Origin: Bacteroidia bacterium
GTDB lineage: Bacteria; Bacteroidota; Bacteroidia; Bacteroidales; VadinHA17
Length of the DNA: 64,000 nt
Direction: 5' to 3'
NCBI GenBank assembly: GCA_026391215.1
Contig: JAPLDX010000034.1
Coordinates: 1 to 64,000, forward strand
Below, piece after piece: positions 26,878 to 37,376 of this stretch; within the stretch, counting starts at the first letter, position 1; the number at the start of each line of letters is the position of its first letter. A model generated the notes under the pieces. That model did no database searches, had not been told where the DNA came from, and saw only the letters and a program-made list of their open reading frames with translations. The position numbers and the translations under genes were made by a program.

Positions 26878-27686
26878 AGTTGCATTTTATCCTTTTTTGG
26901 AAACCAGGGGATGAATGAACTGGTTTTCGCAATATATTCTTTGTATTGGGGCTTTTGTTCCTTAAGATTTTTTTCAAGCAGCGCCACTCCGGAAACCTTA
27001 ATTATCAGAAGAGTCATAAGGACCGATCCCAGCGCTGGTAACCAGCTTCCTGAGGCAAGGCACAAAAAGCCAAAACCCCACCATACAGATGAGTCTCCGA
27101 AATAATTCGGATGTCGTGTGTAACGCCAGAATCCAGAATCCAGAACTTTTCCCCTGTTAGCTGGATTGGATTTGAAAACCGCAAGCTGCCAGTCCCCTCC
27201 GGCTTCAAATGCTATGCCTATGATCCAAAAAATAATCCCTGTCCAATCTAAGAAATTCAAAGCTTTATTTTGCCCGTAATACTGAGCTCCGAGCAGAGGT
27301 GCAGATATGAGCCACATTAGAATGCCCTGCAAAAGAAATGTCTGAAAGAAGCTTATCCACCAGTATCTTTTTTCGCCATAGTTCTGACGAAATTGCCTGT
27401 ATCTGAAATCCTCTCCTTTCCCATAGTTTCTCCAGGTAAGATAGATTGAAAGACGAAAGCCCCAGGCAGCTGCAAGAGACATAACAATTATTTTCCGTAA
27501 GTTATAACCATCACTGTTCAGGAAATAAAACACGGATACAAGTACAAAGCCAAATCCCCAAAAGAGATCAACAATACTGACATTTTTCTTAATGACGCTG
27601 ATAATCCATAGCAAAGTCATCATTATAAGGATGACTGCAAATGCCTGCAGATAAATCTGGAAAAAAGTCATGACAGGATTATTCAT
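26874..27686 (-). CDS. DUF1295 family membrane protein (steroid 5-alpha-reductase-like)
   Basis: NVSIVDLFWG, GEDFRY, DWQLAVFK, GFWRYTRHPNYFG; start probably 27686 or 27671. Confidence 0.88.
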   Translation of the reverse strand: MNNPVMTFFQIYLQAFAVILIMMTLLWIISVIKKNVSIVDLFWGFGFVLVSVFYFLNSDGYNLRKIIVMSLAAAWGFRLSIYLTWRNYGKGEDFRYRQFRQNYGEKRYWWISFFQTFLLQGILMWLISAPLLGAQYYGQNKALNFLDWTGIIFWIIGIAFEAGGDWQLAVFKSNPANRGKVLDSGFWRYTRHPNYFGDSSVWWGFGFLCLASGSWLPALGSVLMTLLIIKVSGVALLEKNLKEQKPQYKEYIAKTSSFIPWFPKKDKMQL

Positions 27687-29493
27687 AGAGAATAGCAACT
27701 GATGCAGCACCGACACCAGAATTGGCTCCAATTACAGGAGATATATTGACAACGGAAACAGGCTTTTTCCCGGTCAGTATCTCCATTTTTTCAGAATACC
27801 AGGCAGCTGCATTTTCATTATTGGCATGAAGAACAATATAGTTCCATATTTTTTCCCCTGGGCGGGCTGATAAAATATGCTTCATTACCTTTTCCATATT
27901 TGTTTTCTGGTTAAAAGCCTTATCGAATACTATTGCTTTTCCGGTTTCATCAAGTGAAACAATAGGATTGATATTCAATATTCTGGCAATTAGTCCTTTG
28001 ACGGCGGAAACCCGGCCTCCGCGAACCATATATTTCAATGTTCTGACGCTCACCAGGATCCTGGCCTTAGTGATCCATTTCTCCGTTTGTGCAACGACCT
28101 CATCGTGTGACATGCCGGTTTCAATAGCCTGTGCTGCCCTCAGGATTATCAATCCCAGCGCACCTGAAAGATTCCTGGAATTCAATACAGTCACCGGCTT
28201 GTTAAATTCACTGCTGACTGATCTTGCTGCTTTCAAGCTACTGTTATATGTACCGCTAAGCTGATCGCTAAGATGAACTGCTATTATGGAATCATAATGT
28301 GAAGCCAGATGTGAATAGAGATTGATGAAAGCAGTCTCATTGATCTGGGAAGTTTTCGGGTAATCAGGACATTCATCAAGCATTTTATAAAACTGGTTGG
28401 GCTGAATGGTCACCTTATCAAGGTAGTGATTCTCTCCAAAGCTTATACTTAACGGAAGTATGTTGATCTGGTAATGATCAATAAGTTCCTGGGAAAGGTC
28501 GCATGTTGAGTCTGTCACAAGGGCTATTTTCCATTTTCTGGCATAGACAGCCTGGCTCTGACGGATCATATCGTCAGCTTTCTGGAATGTCAGGGTCCCT
28601 GCATATCTCAGCTCATTGAAAAGTTCGGCAGGAGTATTTGTGTGAATATGGATCCTTCTGATTTTATCGGAACCGGCAATAACAATTGAATCTCCAAATC
28701 CTGACAGAGTTCTTTTCAAGGCATCATTGTCAATAGTACTATTCTTTATAATTGCTTCAGTGCAATACCTGAAATCAACTTTTTCTGCCACCACCTCTTC
28801 AATCTTTGGAAAAGAAGCTGTTTCAGCTTTTGAAAGGATCAGCTCTTTTAAATTTCTTGAATGAATAAATTCTATGATCCCTTCAACAAAAAGGACAAAT
28901 CCTTTTGCTCCCGCATCAACGACATTATTTTTTGCCAGGATCTTCAGCTTTGATGTTGTCTCCATGAGGGATTTCTTAAGAACCTCATAAGAGCTGACAA
29001 GCAGATGATTAAAATCACTGAATTTGTGCCAGGTCTGGTAAATATATTCCGCCCATTCCTTGATGACAGTCAGCATAGTGCCTTCAACCGGATTGGCGAC
29101 GGCTTCATAGACATACTTTACCGATCGCTGAATGCTTTCAGCAAATTGCTTAAGGGTAATGGATTTTTGGTCACCGATTTCAATGCTGAGGCCGTAAAAG
29201 AACTGGGCAAAGATTATTCCCGAATTTCCCCTGGCATTCAGAAGGGTTGCTTCTGCTATCCTGTCTGCTGTTATTTTATATGACCTGTTAGGATGAAGGG
29301 ATTCTATTACTGATCTGATCGTTGAAGCAAGATTGGTACCTGTATCTCCGTCATTGACAGGAAACACATTGATCTTGTTAAGCTCAACCTGGTGTTCAAT
29401 AACTTTTTTTGCCCCGGCTATAAATGTGTAATAAAGATTACGTCCATCCATTCTTTCCATCGGGGCGGGGACAAGTGTCATTCTATTCATCAA
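27679..29493 (-). CDS. DAK2 (FakA-like) - DegV (FakB) fusion protein
   Basis: LNKINVFPVNDGDTGTNL, ARGNSG, PVEGTMLTV, VVDAGAKG; then IALVTDSTCDL, TSQ, LSGTY, GGRVS. Confidence 0.9.
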   Translation of the reverse strand: MMNRMTLVPAPMERMDGRNLYYTFIAGAKKVIEHQVELNKINVFPVNDGDTGTNLASTIRSVIESLHPNRSYKITADRIAEATLLNARGNSGIIFAQFFYGLSIEIGDQKSITLKQFAESIQRSVKYVYEAVANPVEGTMLTVIKEWAEYIYQTWHKFSDFNHLLVSSYEVLKKSLMETTSKLKILAKNNVVDAGAKGFVLFVEGIIEFIHSRNLKELILSKAETASFPKIEEVVAEKVDFRYCTEAIIKNSTIDNDALKRTLSGFGDSIVIAGSDKIRRIHIHTNTPAELFNELRYAGTLTFQKADDMIRQSQAVYARKWKIALVTDSTCDLSQELIDHYQINILPLSISFGENHYLDKVTIQPNQFYKMLDECPDYPKTSQINETAFINLYSHLASHYDSIIAVHLSDQLSGTYNSSLKAARSVSSEFNKPVTVLNSRNLSGALGLIILRAAQAIETGMSHDEVVAQTEKWITKARILVSVRTLKYMVRGGRVSAVKGLIARILNINPIVSLDETGKAIVFDKAFNQKTNMEKVMKHILSARPGEKIWNYIVLHANNENAAAWYSEKMEILTGKKPVSVVNISPVIGANSGVGAASVAILYE

Positions 29494-29542
29494 CTAGTGT
29501 TGCAAAGATACGAAATAAACAACAGTCAGGTTTACAGTTTGT

Positions 29543-30421
29543 TCAGAGTCTCTGATATACCCTTACCCAATCGACTTCAAAAGTAATAGGGGATTTGCTT
29601 TTAGACGGATCTCCGCCGTTGGCTCCAATAGCAAGGTTAAGAAGAAGATAATGGGGCTGAAGAAAAGGGTTGAAACCGTCAGGATTTACGGTTTCGCTTG
29701 TAAGGACCTCATTAATAAGCTGATTATCGAGAAAGATCTTGATGGATATACTATCCCAATCGAGTCTCCAGATATGAAATTTTCTGATCCATTCAGTGTC
29801 ATTTGTTGTAAAATCGGATAATGGTTTTTTGAGATCATCCCATTTTGCGACATATTGTTTTCCTGTTCCCCAGGCAAAATTGGCCAGTATTGTCGGAATA
29901 CTCTTAATTCTGTAGAACTCCATGATATCTATTTCGCCTCCTGAGGGCCAGCCTCCATCAAGACCCAGTGTCCATATAGCAGGCCAGGAACCGCATGAAG
30001 TGTCAATCCTGGCACGGATCTCAAACCGTCCGAACTGCCATTGATGAAGCCCCCGGGTCTGAATGCTTGAAGATGTGTATTCAGCATACTGCCTGGATGT
30101 CTTCCAGTCGGTACTTCCTGCAACATAATATGGATTTCTGATTTTTTCATTTTTCCCTTCAATTATCAGCACTCCTTCGGTTATTTTAGCATTATTTGGC
30201 TGATACCACTGAAGCTCCTGGTTCCTTACAAATCCGATCTCATATCTCCATGATGAAGGATGAGGTTTAGCTTCTTCATTAAACTCCTCATTCCATACCA
30301 GCGTCATTCCTTCTCTTCCAGGAGGATTACCGAAATCAGGCTTATACGGATCAGCTTTCTGAGGGAATAAGTTCAACATTACAAAAAATATAAAACTGAA
30401 AAGCAGCAGCACTTTTTTCAT
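29543..30421 (-). CDS. Glycoside hydrolase family 16
   Basis: LVWNEEF, WPAIWTLG, catalytic GEIDIME, YLLLNLAIG, VDWVRVYQ. Confidence 0.92.
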   Translation of the reverse strand: MKKVLLLFSFIFFVMLNLFPQKADPYKPDFGNPPGREGMTLVWNEEFNEEAKPHPSSWRYEIGFVRNQELQWYQPNNAKITEGVLIIEGKNEKIRNPYYVAGSTDWKTSRQYAEYTSSSIQTRGLHQWQFGRFEIRARIDTSCGSWPAIWTLGLDGGWPSGGEIDIMEFYRIKSIPTILANFAWGTGKQYVAKWDDLKKPLSDFTTNDTEWIRKFHIWRLDWDSISIKIFLDNQLINEVLTSETVNPDGFNPFLQPHYLLLNLAIGANGGDPSKSKSPITFEVDWVRVYQRL

Positions 30422-30431
30422 GGTATATCAG

Positions 30432-31151
30432 TTAAAAATTTGCAATACCCAGCATTATCCCGAACCATGGTTTATTGTTATAAATCCAGATGCTCTTATT
30501 ATTGTCAAGAAGATTATCAAATCCGACAGCAAGTCCAATTGACATATTTTCATAAGTGGCAAATGCCGAAATTCCTTTTTGAAAAACTATCCCGTCATAT
30601 TCCTGGGAAATATTGTTTTCCGTAACAGTTGGATTAATTGGTGCGATTCCGATTCCTGCAAATAAACCGAAATCAAAACCTGTATGTCTGATAAAAGTCT
30701 TTATTTCATTGATTTTAGTAAGGTTGGATTTTATTTTGAAATAATCTTTCCTGAATCCTGTATAAAAAACGCCGTTGATATTTGTATTGAGCTGGGAGGG
30801 CACATCAGCTGTACCTGGCCGGTATTTAAGGAGCACTGTTGAAAGATCTATATCAACGGATGTTCTTATAAAAGTACTATTATGCATATCATTTCCCGGT
30901 CCGAGGGAGCTTATTTGATGACTCTTTGAAAGAGATAAATCAATCCCCGCGGATTTCACATTATCAGTTAACGGAAATACTGTTATTGTATCTTCATTCA
31001 TATTCAGATAAACTTTTTCGGAATTTGTATCGGGTGCTTTTAACCTATAATACCCTGAACTGAATTCGTGAGAATAAATTTCATCAAGAGGTGCACATCC
31101 TGCAGCAATAAAAAAAATGACTATGCAATTGATAAGTCTGACTCTTTTCAT
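30432..31151 (-). CDS. Conserved hypothetical lipoprotein / outer-membrane protein
   Basis: Lipobox AAGC; alternating beta-strand C-terminus (WIYNNKPWFGIMLG). Confidence 0.65.
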   Translation of the reverse strand: MKRVRLINCIVIFFIAAGCAPLDEIYSHEFSSGYYRLKAPDTNSEKVYLNMNEDTITVFPLTDNVKSAGIDLSLSKSHQISSLGPGNDMHNSTFIRTSVDIDLSTVLLKYRPGTADVPSQLNTNINGVFYTGFRKDYFKIKSNLTKINEIKTFIRHTGFDFGLFAGIGIAPINPTVTENNISQEYDGIVFQKGISAFATYENMSIGLAVGFDNLLDNNKSIWIYNNKPWFGIMLGIANF

Positions 31152-31170
31152 AGAGTGCAATGTACAATAT

Positions 31171-31378
31171 TTAAAAAATAAATGAATCTGTTTTATCGAT
31201 CTTTTTGTCCGGTAAAGTACCGCACTGAACTGTTTTAAAATCAGTTACATCTTTAAGAATGAATACAGGAGCCTTCCCGACCTTGTCAATCCATTGCCAA
31301 TGATCCAGCCATGGCCTGTTATTGATATATTTTCAAGATAAACACGAATAATGATAGTGAGATCAATACTTTATTCAT
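31171..31378 (-). pseudogene. Collapsed remnant of a GH28-like gene
   Basis: Three consecutive pieces in different frames: MNKVLISLSLFVF (signal), LENISITGHGWIIGNGLTRSG (GH28-like beta-helix rung), KAPVFILKDVTDF...LPDKKIDKTDSFIF* (C-terminus). Confidence 0.5.
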
Positions 31379-31430
31379 AGCTAAGTATTTATTAAATTTT
31401 CTGATCCAATATTGTCAGAAGGATAATTGT

Positions 31431-32363
31431 TCAGGTGTTAAACTTTGCTATAGTTTTATAAACCCTGTCCTTAGTTTCTTCAGGTGTCGGATTAAGCTCT
31501 TCAGTGCGGAAATTGCCATTCTTTACATCAATTCTTTCAAAGACCATCAGGTAAAGTGTAAATATGATCTCAAGGCTCAGCTTGTATCTTGGTTCAAGCA
31601 AAGGACTTATTTTTCTGATGATCTCATAGGTCATGAGACGGTATTTGTCGGCAAGGGAATAATATTCATTAATCAGGTTTCGGAAATTACTGCTTACCGG
31701 ATGTTCCCAGGCAATTTCCCTTAAATCGTGTCTTGTCAGCCTGTGTTTTGCTATCATGTCGTCAGCAAAATAATTCAGATTATTAAGCTGATCCTTCTGG
31801 AAGTCACGGATTATATGAACGAGGTAACTAAATATGGCACATGGTGTTGCGGCTTCCTTAACATTAAAAGCAGGAGGTTCATATTTTCCATCTTTTATTG
31901 TAAGTCCGTTAAGATGAACAAAGATGGAAGCAGGAGCAACAGAGGCTCCCCGTGAATAATCAAGATATGATTCCAGGGTGGGAAAACCGTCATTGTGTAT
32001 ATCATAGATCATTGACCTGGCAAATGCCTCCAGAGGCCATAAAGGGATACAGAACCTGTCCATTGTCTGTATCAACTCCTTCTGAAACGGATCATGGTTC
32101 TCCGAATCAATTAAGGTTTTCATCCATTCATTTACATTGTCAACAAAGGTTTTTCTTTCCGACGGTGCAATCATTTTATGCGCTGCCTTGTAATTATCGA
32201 TCATATCATCGATATTTCTCATGAACTTATATAAGACTTCGGCAGCCTTGTATCTGTCCTGATCCCAGAATCTTGCTGCAATAAGAATGTTCGGATGATC
32301 CTTTATCCTGTCAAACTCTATTGTATTGAAGATCCCGAGAAATTCTTCATTTTGTGATATCAT
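31431..32363 (-). CDS. Phytoene/squalene synthase family protein (CrtB-like)
   Basis: YKFMRNIDDMID, MIYDI, YLDYSRGASVAPA, HIIRDFQKD; adjacent to the desaturase. Confidence 0.8.
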   Translation of the reverse strand: MISQNEEFLGIFNTIEFDRIKDHPNILIAARFWDQDRYKAAEVLYKFMRNIDDMIDNYKAAHKMIAPSERKTFVDNVNEWMKTLIDSENHDPFQKELIQTMDRFCIPLWPLEAFARSMIYDIHNDGFPTLESYLDYSRGASVAPASIFVHLNGLTIKDGKYEPPAFNVKEAATPCAIFSYLVHIIRDFQKDQLNNLNYFADDMIAKHRLTRHDLREIAWEHPVSSNFRNLINEYYSLADKYRLMTYEIIRKISPLLEPRYKLSLEIIFTLYLMVFERIDVKNGNFRTEELNPTPEETKDRVYKTIAKFNT

Positions 32364-32380
32364 TGATCAGGTCTTATTGT

Positions 32381-33880
32381 TTACTTTTTATCCTGTTTTT
32401 GTTCCTTAAAGATCCTTTCTGCTACAAGCTTTGCGGAAACAAGCACATTAGGGATTCCGTTGCCGGGGTGTGTGCTGCTTCCGACAAAATAAAGGTTATG
32501 ATAGCAGTCGTGACGGTTGTGAGGCCTGAAATAACCCATCTGCATGATATTGTGACCGAGACTTCCAAATACAGAGCCCCGCGAAACATGGCAGTAGCTT
32601 TCCCAGTCTTCAGGTGTATAGCATATCTCAAATTTAATATGCTTTTCAAAATCTTTAAGTCCGAATTTTTCAAGACGCTTTATAACTGCAGTCCTGGCTT
32701 TATTCTTCAGCATATTCCAGTCCTGTTTCTTTTTTGGATCGATATGCCCTGCCCCTATAGAAACTGACAATGTATCCTGGCCGGGAGGAGCTGCCCCGGG
32801 TTCGGTCCTTGAGGGTGCATGGACATAAAATGTTGGCAGGTCATCAACAGCTTTATCGACAAAAATACTATGGAGACCGCCCTTCAGGGAATCAGAAAGA
32901 AAAACATTGTGATGATCAAGTTGTGGATAGTAGTTATCCATGCCCCAGTGAAAACAGATAACACCGCAAGAATATTTCAGCCGGTCAATATGGGCGGATT
33001 TTCTTCTGTCAGGTAACAGTTTACGGTACACATAAGGCAGATCGGCATTAGCAATAATTATACCGGCATTGACCTCTGTGCCGTCCTCAAGGGTAATACT
33101 ATCAGCGTTTTTATCCCTGATATTTATTTTAGCGACAGGAGCATCAAAATGCATCTTAACTCCATATGACACCGCAGTTGAACAGAGCTTCTCAATTATT
33201 GCATACATACCTCCTTTAGGGAAAAAGGAACCTTCAATAAGCTCGGCAGCAGGTATCATTGAAAACAGGGCGGGAGAGTTAAACGGGCTCTGGCCGACAT
33301 AGATATTCTGAAATGTATATGCCATCAGAAGATGAGGATGCTTAAAAAACTTTTTTGCATAAGCCCAGTTGGAAATATAGGTTTTCAGTCTTATAAGAAG
33401 ACCTATATTCTTAAAATTAATTAACTGGAAGATATTGAAGAAATTACGACCAATCAGCTTATCCAATCCTTCCTGATAGATTTCATAACCTTTTGATATG
33501 TATTTCGCTGATTTCTCGTAGCTGCCCGGATCAATTTTTTCCAGCTGCGACCTCATTCTTTCCTTGTCAGCTGTAAAAGCCAGCTCTTCACCGTCATCGA
33601 AAAATATTTTATACAGGTTTTCAAGCGGAGTTATATCACTTCCCTCTTCATACTTCATTCCGAGGGAATCAAACACCTGGCTGTACATACCCGGCATCAG
33701 GTACATTGTCGCGCCAAGATCAAAGCGGTGGCCTTCATAGATAAGCTGTCCGCAGCGCCCGCCCGGATCTGAATTTTTTTCATAAATATCAACTGACCAA
33801 CCGTTTTTTACAAGAAAAACAGCGGTGGCAATTCCACCGATTCCGGCACCTATTATAACTGCCTTCCTGCTTTCAGCCAT
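32381..33880 (-). CDS. crtI: Phytoene desaturase family protein
   Basis: IIGAGIGG, EKNSDPGGRC, FDLGAT, FPKGGM, ANAD, FYVHAPS, LYFVGSSTHPGNGIP. Confidence 0.85.
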   Translation of the reverse strand: MAESRKAVIIGAGIGGIATAVFLVKNGWSVDIYEKNSDPGGRCGQLIYEGHRFDLGATMYLMPGMYSQVFDSLGMKYEEGSDITPLENLYKIFFDDGEELAFTADKERMRSQLEKIDPGSYEKSAKYISKGYEIYQEGLDKLIGRNFFNIFQLINFKNIGLLIRLKTYISNWAYAKKFFKHPHLLMAYTFQNIYVGQSPFNSPALFSMIPAAELIEGSFFPKGGMYAIIEKLCSTAVSYGVKMHFDAPVAKINIRDKNADSITLEDGTEVNAGIIIANADLPYVYRKLLPDRRKSAHIDRLKYSCGVICFHWGMDNYYPQLDHHNVFLSDSLKGGLHSIFVDKAVDDLPTFYVHAPSRTEPGAAPPGQDTLSVSIGAGHIDPKKKQDWNMLKNKARTAVIKRLEKFGLKDFEKHIKFEICYTPEDWESYCHVSRGSVFGSLGHNIMQMGYFRPHNRHDCYHNLYFVGSSTHPGNGIPNVLVSAKLVAERIFKEQKQDKK

Positions 33881-33956
33881 AGAATGTTAATTTTTGTAAA
33901 AGACGTATAAAAAAAACAATTGTCCCCGGTTTCTGAGAAGTAAATTAAAATTGTTT

Positions 33957-34922
33957 TTACTTACCATGCCGTTTCATTATCTCTTTCCAGGTGGTTATGA
34001 TGATATCGTTATCCTTAAAGAAACTTTTTACAACAGGATCAGAAAACAGCTGAGCATCCCATACCCGCTGCTGCCAGGAGTCTGTGATAGTTTTCAGATT
34101 ATCGGTCTCCACAGAGGGATGAAAGATTATCTCAGTAATCCCCGGATTCAGGGAGTTAAGCAGCTTAAAGAAATTCTCACGTTTGTTTTCATATGAATTA
34201 CCATCAGGCACGCTGGAAAAGTTATCCAGCCGGGGCAGGGAGTACTGATTCAATAATTCAACGACCTCCGGTGTAATAGGATAACCCTGCTGTTTGAAGT
34301 TCTCAGCTATCGCCGGATCGGAAAGATCAATTGCATTTGCCGGAATATTGTATTCCTGTGCTATTTTTAAAAACACTTTAATATAGTCAATTGATCCGTA
34401 CATAGTTCCCATATGGGTATCGATATGGGAAGGAGCGTACCCCATGGCAAGCACTTTATTAATCTGAGCCCGGACCTCTGTTTCTGCTTCCTCCGCAGAA
34501 GCATGTATTATCACGTCCGGAACATCATGCCACATTTTTCCTTCCGGATCTATAAGACCGGGTACTTTTGAGGTATCAGAGACAGGCCCCCACCGGTAAT
34601 CTTTCCATTCGCTTGTCAGAGTAAGATGGACGCCGATATCTGGTGAATCCAGTGTTTTAGCCCATTCAACAAGATCACCGGAATATGGACAGGGAACCAT
34701 CACGGCTGCCGATTGTATATCACCCTTTTCAAAATAATTGCGTATCGCAATATTTGCTTCATTACACATTCCGCCATCATCACAATGAAGCAGTATCACC
34801 TTCTTCCCGGCAGAAAAACCAAGCTTTTCGGCATTGGTGATTTTTTTATCTGAAGAACATGCCGTTAAAATCGCGGCCACTGCTAATGCTGAAAGAAAAA
34901 GCAAATTTTTTTTCATTTTCAT
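33957..34922 (-). CDS. YdjC/ChbG family deacetylase lipoprotein
   Basis: Lipobox LTAC; LHCDDGGM, IGVHLTLTSEW, HIDTHMG, IIFHP. Confidence 0.88.
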   Translation of the reverse strand: MKMKKNLLFLSALAVAAILTACSSDKKITNAEKLGFSAGKKVILLHCDDGGMCNEANIAIRNYFEKGDIQSAAVMVPCPYSGDLVEWAKTLDSPDIGVHLTLTSEWKDYRWGPVSDTSKVPGLIDPEGKMWHDVPDVIIHASAEEAETEVRAQINKVLAMGYAPSHIDTHMGTMYGSIDYIKVFLKIAQEYNIPANAIDLSDPAIAENFKQQGYPITPEVVELLNQYSLPRLDNFSSVPDGNSYENKRENFFKLLNSLNPGITEIIFHPSVETDNLKTITDSWQQRVWDAQLFSDPVVKSFFKDNDIIITTWKEIMKRHGK

Positions 34923-34943
34923 AATAATATATATTTCAAGGTT

Positions 34944-36050
34944 TTAATTATCTTCATCAATAGGATCAGTAAGCTTTTTTATCACTCTGAACTGCTGAAA
35001 GAATTCTCTCGCGATTACCCTGAGCAGCGTATAAACCGGAACTGCAAACAACATTCCTGCCAGGCCTGCCAATCCGCCTCCAACAATAATTACCAGGAAG
35101 ATCTCCAGTGGGTGAGATTTAACGCTTTTCGAATAAATTAATGGGACAAGAATATTGTTATCGATAAAATTGATAACAACCAGGGTCCCCAAAATTTTTA
35201 ACAGTACCGGAAGCAACTCATTATATGAACCTCCGGAAAGGGTTGAAATAAGACCCAGGGTCAATCCGATTACCCCTCCTATTATAGGTCCGATATAAGG
35301 GATTATATTCATGATCCCTGCGAAGAAACCGATAAGCAGAGCATTCTTTATGCCGAATATCCATAGTACGATGGTAATAAGCGACATTACACCAAATACT
35401 TCAAGCAATACTCCGAGATAATAGCGGATAAGCAGATTCCCGGATTCTTCAACTACCTTAATGGTCCCGGCATGGTGTTTTTCGGGAATAAACAGGAAGA
35501 GGCTTTCCTGGAAAAGATTTTCGTCTTTCAGGAAAAAGAAGGATATAAAAAGTATCGAAAACAATCCTATAAATGCATTTCCGGCTGCGCTTATGAATTT
35601 TCCTATTGCTGCGCCTATGCTTCCTATGCTGACAACTGATTTAAGCTTGGAAACAAGAAAATCCTGGATTGTCTGCCCGTCAGGAATTGCTCCAAGGCTA
35701 TGCATTTTCTCATCAAGCCAGTGTAAGGGACCCTGCATATTCTGAGCAAGCTTATCAATATCGATCTCTGATATTGTTTGTGCCTGGTTAACAATCAGGG
35801 GAACAAAGACAGCTATAAATCCGGCACCAACGATTACAATGATCAGCAAAGCAAGAAGGGCACTTAAAGTATGCGGCATTTTTAACTTTCTGATATGGAT
35901 TTTGTCAAAGAACCGCACCATTGGCTGGCCGATAAATGAGATCATGGCTGCAACAAGAAGCCAGATCAGAATATAATAAAAACGCCAGATCAGAAATCCG
36001 ACAAGAAGTACCAGAAGAACATAACCAGTATATTTTAAAACCTGCTTCAT
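34944..36050 (-). CDS. AI-2E family transporter
   Basis: Multi-TM; FFFLKD, NIIPYIGP, IDNNILVPLIYSKSVKSHPLEI, GMLFAVP. Confidence 0.9.
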   Translation of the reverse strand: MKQVLKYTGYVLLVLLVGFLIWRFYYILIWLLVAAMISFIGQPMVRFFDKIHIRKLKMPHTLSALLALLIIVIVGAGFIAVFVPLIVNQAQTISEIDIDKLAQNMQGPLHWLDEKMHSLGAIPDGQTIQDFLVSKLKSVVSIGSIGAAIGKFISAAGNAFIGLFSILFISFFFLKDENLFQESLFLFIPEKHHAGTIKVVEESGNLLIRYYLGVLLEVFGVMSLITIVLWIFGIKNALLIGFFAGIMNIIPYIGPIIGGVIGLTLGLISTLSGGSYNELLPVLLKILGTLVVINFIDNNILVPLIYSKSVKSHPLEIFLVIIVGGGLAGLAGMLFAVPVYTLLRVIAREFFQQFRVIKKLTDPIDEDN

Positions 36051-36092
36051 TGATTTTGGGTTTTGTCAGGATATAAATTTAAGGAAATCTTT

Positions 36093-36183
36093 TTAACCAC
36101 AGAGTAACACGGAATTGAAACGGAGGAACACTGTTATAAAACTCTGTGAAACTCCTTAAAACTCAGTGCAACCCCGTGGTTAT
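36093..36183. repeat. Inverted pair of short intergenic repeats (CTCYGTGTTACYCYGTGGTTA type); a further copy at ~46347-46388
   Basis: taaccacagagtaacacgg... faces ...ctctgtgaaactc...ctcagtgcaaccccgtggtta; the 46347 region reads ccgtgttactcgtg...ctgtgttaccccgtggttaaa. Confidence 0.55.
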
Positions 36184-37376
36184 TTTTTTGAATTGAGGGT
36201 TTTGTATTTCAGAAAATATACCAGCATCAGTATTGCTGAAACGGCAGCTGTTGCGGCTCCGAAATAGAAAGGAACAGATGAGTTTACCTTATCATAAAGA
36301 ACACCTGCAATTAAGCTTGCCGGTAACAAAGTAATACCCAGTAATGCATTATAAATACCCAGACCAGTACCTTGTTTGTTTTTATCAATTGTATCAGAAA
36401 CAAATGCTTTCTGTATCCCATCGGTTGCGGCTGAATACAAACCATATAATGCAAACAGGGCTATAATTGTACCCACACTGCCGGTAATACCAAACCCAAA
36501 ATAAACGATTGCATAGACTAAAAATCCTGCCACGAGAATTTTTTCTTTTCCTATTTTATCAGAAAGGGAACCTATTGGAATAGCCAGTAACACAGAAACG
36601 ATGCTTGTGATCAGATAAACCAGGGGAATAAAAGCAACTTTTACGCCTACTTCATTAGCTTTTACCATTAATAATGCATCCGTAGAATTTCCCAGGGTAA
36701 AAATGAAAATTATAGCCAGAAAGAGATAATATTTCCGTGGGAAATCTTTAAAATGGAATTTTGTAAACAGACTTTCCTTGCTCTTTTTAGCCTCTTTTAT
36801 GCCGAAGATAATTACGAAAATACTCAGGATTGAGGGTATTCCGGCCAGCAGAAATATAAGCCGGTAATTGTCCGGGAAGAATATTAGCAAAATAAATGCA
36901 GCTAAAGGTCCTACTATTGCACCGCTATTGTCCATCGCTTTCTGTAAACCAAAACTTTTTCCTGTCTCTCTATTGATCACCGATCCGGCAATAAGGCTGT
37001 CACGCGGTGCGGTGCGGATACCCTTGCCAAACCTCTCTATAAAGCGCAGATATAAAACCTGCAAAGGCGAAATTACAAACGAATATAGCGGAATAATAAT
37101 AGCAGAAATCCCATATCCTATAAGTATGAATGGTTTGTTTTTGCCAATCTTATCGCTCCAGAAACCCGATAGAGTTTTTATAAGTGCGGCAGTGCTTTCC
37201 GCTATTCCTTCTATCAGTGCCAGGCTTGTCTTTGATGCGCCTAATGACATCAGGAACATGGGCATTACCGAATAGACCATCTTCACAGATGTGTCTGTAA
37301 GAAAACTGGTTAATCCGGTAAAAAGGATATTCCTGTTAAATCCGATAAATGTTCTTTCCTTTTTCTTCTCAACCAT
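36180..37376 (-). CDS. MFS transporter
   Basis: SFLTD, IEGIAESTA, SGFWSDKIGK, RFGKGIRTAPRDSLIA, AMDNSGAIVGP; start 37376 overlaps the ATPase stop. Confidence 0.9.
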   Translation of the reverse strand: MVEKKKERTFIGFNRNILFTGLTSFLTDTSVKMVYSVMPMFLMSLGASKTSLALIEGIAESTAALIKTLSGFWSDKIGKNKPFILIGYGISAIIIPLYSFVISPLQVLYLRFIERFGKGIRTAPRDSLIAGSVINRETGKSFGLQKAMDNSGAIVGPLAAFILLIFFPDNYRLIFLLAGIPSILSIFVIIFGIKEAKKSKESLFTKFHFKDFPRKYYLFLAIIFIFTLGNSTDALLMVKANEVGVKVAFIPLVYLITSIVSVLLAIPIGSLSDKIGKEKILVAGFLVYAIVYFGFGITGSVGTIIALFALYGLYSAATDGIQKAFVSDTIDKNKQGTGLGIYNALLGITLLPASLIAGVLYDKVNSSVPFYFGAATAAVSAILMLVYFLKYKTLNSKK

